From positions 3,672 to 67,671 of the forward strand of contig PLNP01000040.1 in the NCBI GenBank assembly GCA_003142815.1: a stretch of DNA of 64,000 nucleotides, in the 5' to 3' direction. Each line of letters starts with the position of its first letter. Within the stretch, counting starts at the first letter, position 1. The notes beneath the pieces are model-generated. The model searched no databases. It was not told the DNA's origin and saw only the letters and a list, made by a program, of their open reading frames with translations. Below are positions 1-8,583 of this stretch, piece after piece. The position numbers were made by a program, and so were the translations under genes. The stretch comes from Rhodanobacteraceae bacterium. Lineage in GTDB: Bacteria > Pseudomonadota > Gammaproteobacteria > Xanthomonadales > Rhodanobacteraceae.

Positions 1-1
1 C

Positions 2-1135
2 AGCGGCTGGCGCGAGAAGTACGGCAAGCTGCCGTACGGCAAGGGCATCGGCGTCGCCTGCGGTTTCTTCATCAGCGGCAGCGCCCTGCCGATCCACTGG
101 AACCAGCGGCCCGCCAGCACGGTGCGGCTGACGGTCGAATTCGACGGCGCGGTGACGGTGTATTCGGGTGCGTCCGACATCGGCCAGGGCAGCGACACCG
201 TGCTGGCGATGATGGCGGCCGAAGTGCTGGGTGTGGACCTCGGCCAGGTCAAGGTGGTGGCCGCCGATACCCGGCTGACCCCGGTCGACCTCGGCAGTTA
301 CAGCTCGCGGGTGACCTTCATGGCCGGCAATGCCGCCCGCAACGCGGCGATTCGCATGCGCCGGCTGCTGGTCGCGGCGGCCTGCCGGCTGCTCGCGTTG
401 CCCGAGCCCGGGTATCCGGCGCCCGCCCCGCCCGAGGACGGCTTCCGCCAAGGCGGACGTGCGCCCGATTTCGACGCCGACTTCCTGGGCGCCAATCCCG
501 ACTACAGCGACGGCTTCGAGTTCGCCGACGGCCGCATCCGCCATCTCGACAGCGGCAAGCAAACCGGCTTCATCGCGGCCGTGCACGCGGCGATCGAAGG
601 TCCGGGCATCCTGCAGACGGTCGGCAACTACCGCGCACCCAAGCTCGGCGGCAGCTTCAAGGGTGCCGGCGCCGGCCTGTCGCCGGCGTACAGCTTCACC
701 GCCTTCATCGTCGAAGTCAGCGTCGATCCGGACACCGGCTTCGTCAAGGTTGAGCGCGCCACCTGCGCGCACGACTGCGGCTTCGCGCTGAACCCGCTGG
801 CGGTGCGCGGGCAGATCGAGGGCTGCTTCCACATGGGCATGGGCCAGGCACTGATGGAGGAAGTGCTGCACTACGACGGCGCGGTGCAGAACGCCGGCTT
901 TCTCGAATACAAGATTCCGTCGCCGTTCGAGCAGCCCGAAATCGACCTCGTGCCCTCGATCAGCGACGAGAGCGAAGGCCCGTTCGGCGCCAAGGAGGCC
1001 GGCGAGGGGCCGCTGGCGCCGGTGATCCCGGCGATCGCCAACGCCATCTTCGATGCGGTCGGCGTGCGCCTGTTCGAACTGCCGCTGCGCCCCGACCGGG
1101 TGCTGGCGGCGATGCACAAGGCCGCTGGCCGATGA
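2..1135 (+). CDS. hcrA: Xanthine dehydrogenase family molybdopterin-binding subunit, 4-hydroxybenzoyl-CoA reductase alpha (HcrA)-like; 5' truncated by window edge
   Basis: Motifs DIGQGSDT, GSYSSRVT, HDCGFALNPLAVRGQIEG and GPFGAKEAGE (catalytic Glu region); frame open from position 2; adjacent to an HcrB-like gene. Confidence 0.8.
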   Translation, partial: SGWREKYGKLPYGKGIGVACGFFISGSALPIHWNQRPASTVRLTVEFDGAVTVYSGASDIGQGSDTVLAMMAAEVLGVDLGQVKVVAADTRLTPVDLGSYSSRVTFMAGNAARNAAIRMRRLLVAAACRLLALPEPGYPAPAPPEDGFRQGGRAPDFDADFLGANPDYSDGFEFADGRIRHLDSGKQTGFIAAVHAAIEGPGILQTVGNYRAPKLGGSFKGAGAGLSPAYSFTAFIVEVSVDPDTGFVKVERATCAHDCGFALNPLAVRGQIEGCFHMGMGQALMEEVLHYDGAVQNAGFLEYKIPSPFEQPEIDLVPSISDESEGPFGAKEAGEGPLAPVIPAIANAIFDAVGVRLFELPLRPDRVLAAMHKAAGR

Positions 1136-2145
1136 GCGCACAACCGGCCCACTTCGAGTTCGAGCGTCCGGACAGCCTGGCGGCGCTGATTGCCCGACTC
1201 GCGCAGTTGTCCGCTGCGGGCCACGACTTTGCGCTCGCCGCCGGCGCCACCGACCTGATGCCGCAGATCAAGCAGGGGGTGAAAACACCCGCGCTGCTGA
1301 TCTCGCTCAATGGTCTGCCCGAACTGGCCGGTGTGCAGGCGCGTGCCGATGGCAGCCATCGCCTCGGCGCGCTGACCCGGCTCGCCGACGTCGCCAGCGA
1401 TGCGCGGCTGCGCCAGCACTATCCGGCCCTGTGCGCGGCCGCCGGCCGCGTCGCCAGCCCGCCGATCCGCCAGCGCGCCAGCCTCGGCGGCAACCTGCTG
1501 GTCGACAACCGCTGCATCTACATCAACCAGAGCCCGCTCAACCGCGCCGCCCACGCCGCCTGCTTCAAGGCTGGTGGCGAGGTCTGCCCCCTGGTCAAGT
1601 CGGCGGTACGCGGCGAGCTGCCGCAATGCCAGGCGCGTTTCGTCTCCGATACCGCACCGGTGCTGTTGCTGCTCGATGCGGTGCTGCGCCTGGTCTCGCC
1701 GCGCGGCGAGCGGCGCCTGCCGCTGGCGCAGTTCTACCGCGACGACGGCATGCAGCGTCATGTCCTCGCCAGCGACGAGGTGCTGGTCGCCATCGAGCTG
1801 CCGCCAGCGGACGGCCTGCGCATCGACTACGACAAGCTGGCGATCCGCCGGGCGCTGGACTTCCCCTCGCTGGGCATCGCCCTCGGCGTGCGTGCGGACA
1901 GCGCGGGCGCGCTCAGTGAACTGTCGCTGGCGATGACCGGCATCGGCACCCATCCCGGGTGCTGGCACTTCGCCGCCGCCGCGCACGAAAGTCCGAACGC
2001 CCTGCTCGACACCGCCTGCGCCGCCGCGCGCGATTCCGCCACGACCTACCAGCAGGACTTCTTCCCGCGTGACTATCGCAAGCGCATGATCGATGTGTTC
2101 ATCCGCAGGGCCGCGCAACGGCTGGGAGTCGCCAGATGGATGTGA
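1132..2145 (+). CDS. hcrB: FAD-binding subunit with [4Fe-4S] insertion, HcrB-like
   Basis: FAD motifs AAGATDL and ASLGGNLL, plus the four-Cys insert (RC...ACFKAGGEVC...QCQA) characteristic of 4-HBCR beta subunits; ATGA overlap with upstream gene. Confidence 0.85.
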   Translation: MSAQPAHFEFERPDSLAALIARLAQLSAAGHDFALAAGATDLMPQIKQGVKTPALLISLNGLPELAGVQARADGSHRLGALTRLADVASDARLRQHYPALCAAAGRVASPPIRQRASLGGNLLVDNRCIYINQSPLNRAAHAACFKAGGEVCPLVKSAVRGELPQCQARFVSDTAPVLLLLDAVLRLVSPRGERRLPLAQFYRDDGMQRHVLASDEVLVAIELPPADGLRIDYDKLAIRRALDFPSLGIALGVRADSAGALSELSLAMTGIGTHPGCWHFAAAAHESPNALLDTACAAARDSATTYQQDFFPRDYRKRMIDVFIRRAAQRLGVARWM

Positions 2146-3335
2146 GCCCGATGGATGTGAAGCAGGTCATGCGCGACTACTTCGTCGATCTCGGCGAGGC
2201 AGCGAAAGACCCCGGGCGAAAAGTCGCCTGGTGCACCTCAGTGGGTCCGGCCGAGATCCTGCGGGCGATGGGCTTTGCGGTCTACTTTCCGGAAAACCAC
2301 GGCGCCCTGCTCGGCGCCACCCGGGTGTCCACCGACACCATTCCGATCGCCAACGCGCACGGCTATTCGCCGGAGATCTGCAGCTACCTCACGTCCGATA
2401 TCGGCGCCTGTCTGAAGGGCGTGACCCCGCTGAGCAAGGCCTACGGCCTGGACAGCGTGCCGCGCCCGGATGTGCTGGTGTACTGCACCAACCAGTGCAA
2501 GGACGTGATGCACTGGTTCTCCTGGTACGCGCGGCGCTGGAATGTGCCGCTGCTCGGCATCCACCCGCCGAACCACCTGCCGGAGGTGCTGCCCGAACAC
2601 GTGGCCGACGTCGCCGCCCAGTATCGGCGCATGATCGGACGGCTCGAAGCCATCACCGGCACGCTGCTCGATCTGGAAGCGCTGCGCCTGGCCGTGGCCC
2701 GCTCGCGCGAGGCCACCGACCTGTGGGAAGCGGTGCTCAATACCGCACGGGCCCGACCGGCACCACTGAGCTTCTTCGATGGCGTGATCGTCATGGGCCC
2801 GATCGTGGTGCTGCGCGGCACCCAAGCCGCCACCGACTACTACCGGGCGCTGCTCGCCGAACTGCAGGGCAAGGTCGTCGCCAGGCAGGCGGCGGTGCCG
2901 GGCGAGCGCCTGCGCATCTACTGGGAGGGCATGCCGGTCTGGGGCCGGCTGAGGCACCTGTCCGACCTGTTCGCCAACAACCGCGCCACGGTGGTCGCCT
3001 CGACCTACTGCAATTCCTGGATCTTCTCCGACTTCGACGCCGCGCAACCGCTGGACAGCATGGCGCGGGCTTACCTGAAGATCTTCATCAATCGCGACGA
3101 CGCCTACAAGGAGGCCTACATCGAGCGACTGGCCGGCGAGTTCGGTATCGACGGCGTGGTCTACCACGCTGCCCGCACTTGCCCGAACAACAGCAACAGC
3201 TACTACAACCTGCCGCAGCGGCTGGCCGCCAGGGGCATTCCCGGCATCGTCGTCGATGGCGACCTGTGCGATCTGCGCTGCTTTTCCGACGAGCAGAGCA
3301 CCACCCTGATCGAGGCCTTCCTGGAAACGCTATGA
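2136..3335 (+). CDS. 2-hydroxyacyl-CoA dehydratase D-component / benzoyl-CoA reductase BcrB(BadE/BzdO)-like subunit
   Basis: Motifs WCTS, FPENHGA, ICSY, TNQC, ARTCPNNS and DGDLCD; alternative start at 2151. Confidence 0.8.
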   Translation: MDVSPMDVKQVMRDYFVDLGEAAKDPGRKVAWCTSVGPAEILRAMGFAVYFPENHGALLGATRVSTDTIPIANAHGYSPEICSYLTSDIGACLKGVTPLSKAYGLDSVPRPDVLVYCTNQCKDVMHWFSWYARRWNVPLLGIHPPNHLPEVLPEHVADVAAQYRRMIGRLEAITGTLLDLEALRLAVARSREATDLWEAVLNTARARPAPLSFFDGVIVMGPIVVLRGTQAATDYYRALLAELQGKVVARQAAVPGERLRIYWEGMPVWGRLRHLSDLFANNRATVVASTYCNSWIFSDFDAAQPLDSMARAYLKIFINRDDAYKEAYIERLAGEFGIDGVVYHAARTCPNNSNSYYNLPQRLAARGIPGIVVDGDLCDLRCFSDEQSTTLIEAFLETL

Positions 3336-4237
3336 GCACCGCCGCCGACTGCGATCGTCCGAGCACCGACGCCACGGTCCGCACCGAGGTGTTCTGGGGC
3401 GTGGACTGCGGCAGCGCCGAGATCAAGGTCGCCGCGCTCGACCGCGAAGGGCGGCTGCTGACCACGCGCAGGTGCCGCACCCTGTTCCCGCTGGTCGAGC
3501 ACGTGCACCGCAGCCTGGCCGGTCAAGGCGACGAACTCTCGGCGATTGCCGATGGCGACCGCGACCGGCTGCCGGCCGATGGCCGGCAGCCGGGCCTGCG
3601 CCCCGGCCACAAGGTGTTCGCCACCGGCTACGGGCGTCACCACATCGGCTTCGTGCAGGGCCAGCTGACCGAGATCAAGGCGCATTATCTCGGCGTGCAG
3701 CACCAGCTACGGCTGCAGCAGGACTACACCATCATCGACATCGGCGGCCAGGACGCCAAGGTGATCCGCGCCACCCCGAGCCGGGTCGAGCAGTTCGCCA
3801 TCAACCGCAAGTGCGCGGCCGGCACCGGTGCCTATATCGAGGAACTGGCGCACCGACTGGAAGTGCCGATGCAGGAGCTGCCGCGGCTCGCCGCCGCGCA
3901 CGACAAGGATCTCACCCTCAACAGCTACTGCACGGTGTTCTCCGGGCAGGAAGTGATCAAGCTGCTGATGCATGGCGAGCGGGTGGAGAACCTGATCCAT
4001 GCCCTGTATCGCTCGGTGGTCAAGCGGGTGCTGGAAATGACCGCGATCGATACCGACACCCTGGTGTTTTCCGGTGGCGTGATGAGCCACCACCCCATTC
4101 TCGTGCCGCTGTTCGCCGAGCGCTTCGACGAGGTGCGCACCATTCTCGCTCCCAATGCGCAGTTCTGCGGTGCGCTGGGCGCGGCAATCCATGGCATGAA
4201 CGAGGAGAGCGACGATGGCCTACCGAATCACCAGTGA
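3332..4237 (+). CDS. ATP-dependent CoA-substrate-specific enzyme activase (HgdC/BcrA/BzdQ family)
   Basis: GVDCGSAEIK, TGYGR, IDIGGQDAK, NRKCAAGTG, NSYCTVF and FSGGV; ATG at 3332 overlaps upstream TGA (C-terminal part of ORF 2093..4237). Confidence 0.9.
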   Translation: MSTAADCDRPSTDATVRTEVFWGVDCGSAEIKVAALDREGRLLTTRRCRTLFPLVEHVHRSLAGQGDELSAIADGDRDRLPADGRQPGLRPGHKVFATGYGRHHIGFVQGQLTEIKAHYLGVQHQLRLQQDYTIIDIGGQDAKVIRATPSRVEQFAINRKCAAGTGAYIEELAHRLEVPMQELPRLAAAHDKDLTLNSYCTVFSGQEVIKLLMHGERVENLIHALYRSVVKRVLEMTAIDTDTLVFSGGVMSHHPILVPLFAERFDEVRTILAPNAQFCGALGAAIHGMNEESDDGLPNHQ

Positions 4238-4505
4238 CTGCAACCTGTGCGACGCCTGCGTGCCCGAATGCCCGAACGAGGCCATCACAGCCGGCGCCAA
4301 CATCTACACGATCGACCCCGCCAAGTGCACCGAATGCGTCGGTTTCTTCGACGAAGCGCAATGCGCGGCGGTGTGCCCCCAGGAATGCTGCGAGCCCGAC
4401 CCCGACCGCGCCGAGCCCGAGGCGGCATTGCTCGAGCGCGCCCGCAGTCTGCATCCGGACGAGGATTTCTCGGGCGATGTGCCCTCGCGCTTTTCCAGCC
4501 CCTGA
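4215..4505 (+). CDS. fdx: 2[4Fe-4S] ferredoxin, YfhL/Alvin type
   Basis: CNLCDACVPECP and CTECVGFFDEAQCAAVCP motifs with C-terminal helix. Confidence 0.92.
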   Translation: MAYRITSDCNLCDACVPECPNEAITAGANIYTIDPAKCTECVGFFDEAQCAAVCPQECCEPDPDRAEPEAALLERARSLHPDEDFSGDVPSRFSSP

Positions 4506-4539
4506 TCGCTGCATCCGCCCCTCCCACGCAGGCAGCCCC

Positions 4540-6423
4540 ATGAACCCGGTCCACGCCGCTGTCGATCTGCCCGATCCGGACCTGATCCAGGTCCAGACCC
4601 TGGACGAGATCACCGTCAAGTTCGCCGGCGATTCCGGTGACGGCATCCAGTTGGCCGGGCAGAAGTTCGCCCTGCTGGCCAGCGCCGCCGGCGAGACCGT
4701 GCGCACCATGCCCGACTACCCGGCCGAAATCCGGTCGCCGGTCGGCACCCTCGGTGGTGTCTCCGGCTTCCAGGTGCGTACCGGCAGCGCTGGCATTCAC
4801 ACCCCCGGCGACCGCATCGATCTGCTGGTGGCGTTGAATCCGGCCGCGCTGCGCACCAACCTGCCAGAGCTCAAGGCCAACGGCATCGTCATCCTCGACG
4901 AAAGTGCATTCACCGCAACCAATCTGGCCAAGGCAGGTTACCCCGGCAATCCGCTGGAAGACGGCTCGTTACGCGACTACCGGGTGTTCCCGGTGCAGAT
5001 CGGCAAGCTCACCCGCGGCGCGCTCAAGGGTCTGGCGCTGTCGACCAAGCAGACTACGCGCAGCCGTAATTTCTTCGCGCTGGGGCTGATTTGCTGGCTG
5101 TTCCCGCGCCCCAGGGCGGCGGTCGATGAGTGGATCGAGCAGCGTTTCGCCGCCACCCCGGAACTGGCCAAGGCCAACCATCGCGCCTTCGACGCCGGCT
5201 GGAACTACGGCGAGACCGCCGAGTATTTCGTCAGCCCGTTGCACGTGGCCACCAACCAGCGCATGCGCGAAGCCGGGGTATATCGCTTAGTCACCGGCAA
5301 TGCCGCGCTCGCCAAGGGCCTGGTGCAGTCTGCCCGCCGCGCCGGGCTGTCGCTGTTCCTGGGCGGCTATCCGATCACCCCGGCGACCGAGGTGATGCAG
5401 GAACTCAGCCGCTATCGCGATCCCGACGTGCACATGTTCCAGGCCGAGGACGAGATCGCCGCGATCGGCAGCGCCATCGGCGCCGCCTTCGCCGGCGCGC
5501 TGGGCGCCACCAGCACCTCCGGCCCGGGGCTGTCACTGATGGGCGAGTTCCTCAACCTCGCGGTGATCGCCGAGCTGCCACTGGTGGTGATCGACGTGCA
5601 GCGTGCCGGCCCGTCCACTGGCATCCCGACCAAGTCCGAGCAGGCCGACCTGCTGCAGGCCCTGCACGGCCGACACGGCGAATCGCCGCTGCCGGTGCTG
5701 GCCGCCGCCACGCCCGCGGACTGTTTCGCGACCGTGGTCGAGGCCAGCCGCATCGCCCTGCGCTACATGACGCCGGTGGTCGTGCTCAGCGACCTGTCGC
5801 TGGCCAGCGGTGCCGAAGTCTGGCGCGAGCCGGCGCTGGACGAGCTGCCCGAGTTCACCCTGCACCGCAGCGTCGCCGCGGCGGATTTCAAACCCTACCG
5901 GCGCGATCCGGAAACCCTGGCTCGGCCCTGGGCGGTGCCCGGCGACCCCGGTATGGAGCACGTCATCGGTGGCCTGGAGAAAGCCGGCGAGAGCGGTGCG
6001 GTGTGCTACGAAGCGGAAAACCACGCGGCGATGGTGCAGCTGCGCCACGACAAGGTCGCCGGCATCGCCCGCGATTATCCGGCCACGGCGGTGCATGGCG
6101 GCACCGATGCCTGCCTGCTGCTGCTCGGTTGGGGCAGCACCTTCGGCGCCATCCGCGAGGCCACCGACCGCCTGCGCCAGCGCGGCCGTTCGGTGGCCTG
6201 CCTGCACCTGCGCCACCTCAACCCGCTGCCACACGACTTGGGCGAGGCGCTGCGCCGCCACCGCGCGGTGCTGGTAATCGAGAACAACAGCGGCCAACTC
6301 TGGCAGCAGCTGCGCGCCGAGTACCTGCTCGACCTGCAGCGCCTGAACAAGGTGCAAGGCACCGCGTTCCGCATCGCCGAGATCGTCGAGGCCACCGAAT
6401 CGCTGCTGGAGACTCTGCCATGA
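4540..6423 (+). CDS. korA: 2-oxoacid:ferredoxin oxidoreductase alpha subunit (fused gamma-alpha)
   Basis: KFAGDSGDGIQLAG, GYPITPATE, QAEDEIAAI, TSTSGPGLSL and DVQRAGPSTGIPTK motifs; ATG at 4540. Confidence 0.92.
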   Translation: MNPVHAAVDLPDPDLIQVQTLDEITVKFAGDSGDGIQLAGQKFALLASAAGETVRTMPDYPAEIRSPVGTLGGVSGFQVRTGSAGIHTPGDRIDLLVALNPAALRTNLPELKANGIVILDESAFTATNLAKAGYPGNPLEDGSLRDYRVFPVQIGKLTRGALKGLALSTKQTTRSRNFFALGLICWLFPRPRAAVDEWIEQRFAATPELAKANHRAFDAGWNYGETAEYFVSPLHVATNQRMREAGVYRLVTGNAALAKGLVQSARRAGLSLFLGGYPITPATEVMQELSRYRDPDVHMFQAEDEIAAIGSAIGAAFAGALGATSTSGPGLSLMGEFLNLAVIAELPLVVIDVQRAGPSTGIPTKSEQADLLQALHGRHGESPLPVLAAATPADCFATVVEASRIALRYMTPVVVLSDLSLASGAEVWREPALDELPEFTLHRSVAAADFKPYRRDPETLARPWAVPGDPGMEHVIGGLEKAGESGAVCYEAENHAAMVQLRHDKVAGIARDYPATAVHGGTDACLLLLGWGSTFGAIREATDRLRQRGRSVACLHLRHLNPLPHDLGEALRRHRAVLVIENNSGQLWQQLRAEYLLDLQRLNKVQGTAFRIAEIVEATESLLETLP

Positions 6424-7391
6424 GCCAGACCACCGTCATTCCGGCAGCCACCGCGGAGCTGCCGACACCCCCCGACCGCGCGCACTTCCTGAGCGGCACC
6501 GCACCGCGCTGGTGCCCCGGTTGCGGCTGCTTCGGGGTGCTCAAGTCGCTGACCGCCACCTATGCCCGCCTCGGCGTGCCGCGTGAGCGGCTGGTCACCA
6601 TCTCCGGCATCGGCTGCACCTCGCGCCTGCCGTACTACACCGGCACCTATGGCTTTCATACCTTGCACGGTCGCGCCCCGAGCGTGGCTCTGGGCGTCAA
6701 GCTGGTCAATCCTGAACTCTCGGTCTGGGTGATCTCCGGCGACGGCGATGCGCTGGCGATCGGCACCAACCACACCCTGCATCTGTTGCGGCGCAACCCC
6801 GATATCAAGATGCTGCTGCTGAACAATCAGATCTACGGACTGACCAAGGGCCAAGCCTCGCCCACCAGCCCGCTCGGTCTGGTCACGCGCTCGACCCCCT
6901 ATGGCGTGGCCGACGCTCCGATCAATCCGGTCAACCTGGCGCTGGCCGCCGGCGCCAGCTTCGTCGCCCGTGTCGCCGACACCAACGGCGCGATGATGGA
7001 GGAGGTATTCGCGGCGGCGCACGCCCATCGCGGCGTGGCCTTCGTCGAGGTGTTGCTCAATTGCGTCACCTTTCACGACGGCGCTTACGCCATGATCACC
7101 GACAAAGACACACGCGACGAGTACGCGCTGGCGATGTGTCCGGGCCAGCCGTTACTCTACGGCAAGCAGCAGCGCAAGGTGCTGGTGGCCGACAACGGTC
7201 GGATCCTGGCGCTGCCGCTGGCCGAGGGGGAGGCGGTGCCCGACCAAGCCCTGCGCCACGACCCGCAGGCGGGCGACGCCGGCCTGGCCCAGCAGCTTGC
7301 CCTGATGGGGCCGCCCGATCTGCCCTGCGCCCTGGGTATCTTCAGGCAGGTGCAGGCACCGGTCTACGGCCTTGACCCGAAGCCCGACTAG
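6420..7391 (+). CDS. korB: 2-oxoacid:ferredoxin oxidoreductase beta subunit (TPP-binding)
   Basis: WCPGCG, SGIGCTSR, HTLHGRA, SGDGDALAIG and NNQIYGLTKGQASPT. Confidence 0.92.
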   Translation: MSQTTVIPAATAELPTPPDRAHFLSGTAPRWCPGCGCFGVLKSLTATYARLGVPRERLVTISGIGCTSRLPYYTGTYGFHTLHGRAPSVALGVKLVNPELSVWVISGDGDALAIGTNHTLHLLRRNPDIKMLLLNNQIYGLTKGQASPTSPLGLVTRSTPYGVADAPINPVNLALAAGASFVARVADTNGAMMEEVFAAAHAHRGVAFVEVLLNCVTFHDGAYAMITDKDTRDEYALAMCPGQPLLYGKQQRKVLVADNGRILALPLAEGEAVPDQALRHDPQAGDAGLAQQLALMGPPDLPCALGIFRQVQAPVYGLDPKPD

Positions 7392-7400
7392 GAGGAGCGG

Positions 7401-7832
7401 ATGGACCACCTATACGTGCATCGTGCTCCCGTGCGTTTCACCCACACCGATCCCGCCGGCTACGTGTTCTTCCCGCGCTTTTTCGAGATGTTCCAGGCTG
7501 CGGTCGAAGACTGGTTCAGCGACTGCCTCGGACTGAACTACGCCGAGCAGATCGTGCAGCATGGCGTCGGCTTCCCGACCGCGCATACCGAATGTGATTT
7601 CGTGCGTCCCTGCCGGCTCGGCGAAACGCTGGAACTGCGGTTGGTGCTGGAAAAAGTCGGCCGCAGCTCGCTGACCCTGCGTTTCGATGGCAGCGTGCAG
7701 GGTGAGACGCGGCTGCGCGCGCGCTCGGTGCTGGTGACGATCGAGATGCAATACGGCCGCCCGCAACCGCTCGGCGCCGAGCTGCGCGAGCGCTTGCAGG
7801 CCTATCTGGCGCTCTGCCAGGCCGATGCCTGA
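7401..7832 (+). CDS. 4-hydroxybenzoyl-CoA thioesterase family (hotdog fold) acyl-CoA thioesterase
   Basis: VRFTHTDPAGYVFFPRFFE motif; AGGAGG RBS at 7391. Confidence 0.85.
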   Translation: MDHLYVHRAPVRFTHTDPAGYVFFPRFFEMFQAAVEDWFSDCLGLNYAEQIVQHGVGFPTAHTECDFVRPCRLGETLELRLVLEKVGRSSLTLRFDGSVQGETRLRARSVLVTIEMQYGRPQPLGAELRERLQAYLALCQADA

Positions 7833-8418
7833 GCTGGCCGCGCTGATCTTGGCCGCCGGTGCCGGCCGGCGCTTCGGGGCGATCAAGCAACTGGCGCCGG
7901 TACGCGGCGAACCGCTGATCCGCCATGCCATCGCCCTGGCCGAGGCGGTGGCGCCGGGCGCTGTGCAGGTGGTGCTCGGCGCCCATCGCGCGCAGATCGC
8001 CGCCCAACTGCCGCAGGGCGTGCCGGCCATTGAACACCCCGGCTGGGCCGAGGGGCTCGGCAGCAGCCTGGCGGCCGGCATGGTCGGATTGCGCGGACAG
8101 CCCGACGGCGTGCTGTTGCTGCTGGCCGACCAGATCGCCTTGCGCGCGGACGCCCTGCAGGCGCTGGCGGCACGCTGGCGCACCTTGCCCGAGACGGTGT
8201 TCTGCGCGTTTTATGGCGGCCAGCCCGGGGTGCCGGCGATCTTTCCACGCCGGCTGTTCGCCGAACTGGCCGCCTTGCGCGGCGAGCGCGGCGCCAAGCC
8301 GCTGCTGCTGCGCGAGAGCGGCCCGGCCACGCAACTGGCCATGCCCGAGGCGGCCATCGACATCGACACCGCCGAGGATCTGGCGCGCTGGCAGGCGAGC
8401 TCAGCAGCCTGGTCTTAG
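7825..8418 (+). CDS. mocA: Molybdenum cofactor cytidylyltransferase (MocA-like nucleotidyltransferase)
   Basis: LILAAGAGRRFGAIKQL, GLGSSL, LLLADQ, GVPAIFPR and DIDTAEDL. Confidence 0.85.
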   Translation: MPELAALILAAGAGRRFGAIKQLAPVRGEPLIRHAIALAEAVAPGAVQVVLGAHRAQIAAQLPQGVPAIEHPGWAEGLGSSLAAGMVGLRGQPDGVLLLLADQIALRADALQALAARWRTLPETVFCAFYGGQPGVPAIFPRRLFAELAALRGERGAKPLLLRESGPATQLAMPEAAIDIDTAEDLARWQASSAAWS

Positions 8419-8574
8419 GGGCCGTAAGCAAATAACTCGAACATCTTGCTGGTCTTTTGGCCCGCCGGCGTCGTTGCGCAAAGGGTTACATAGATTGACT
8501 ATGCGCGCCTTTGCGCGCCTCGCCGACAGACCAAAATCTTGCGCAATCTGTCCAAGTTATTTGCTTACGGCCCC
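8418..8574. mobile_element. 157-bp MITE-like element with perfect 20-bp terminal inverted repeats and TTA flanking duplication
   Basis: GGGGCCGTAAGCAAATAACT (8418-8437) and its exact reverse complement (8555-8574); TTA at 8415-8417 and 8575-8577; internal hairpin. Confidence 0.85.
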
Positions 8575-8583
8575 TTAGCGGCG

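Noticed and set aside
2093-7391. Long track ORFs 2093..4237, 3472..6423 and 5130..7391 suggesting giant fusion proteins
   Set aside because: Their N-terminal parts are off-frame overlaps of real genes; the true starts (3332, 4540, 6420) are translationally coupled and match family N-termini
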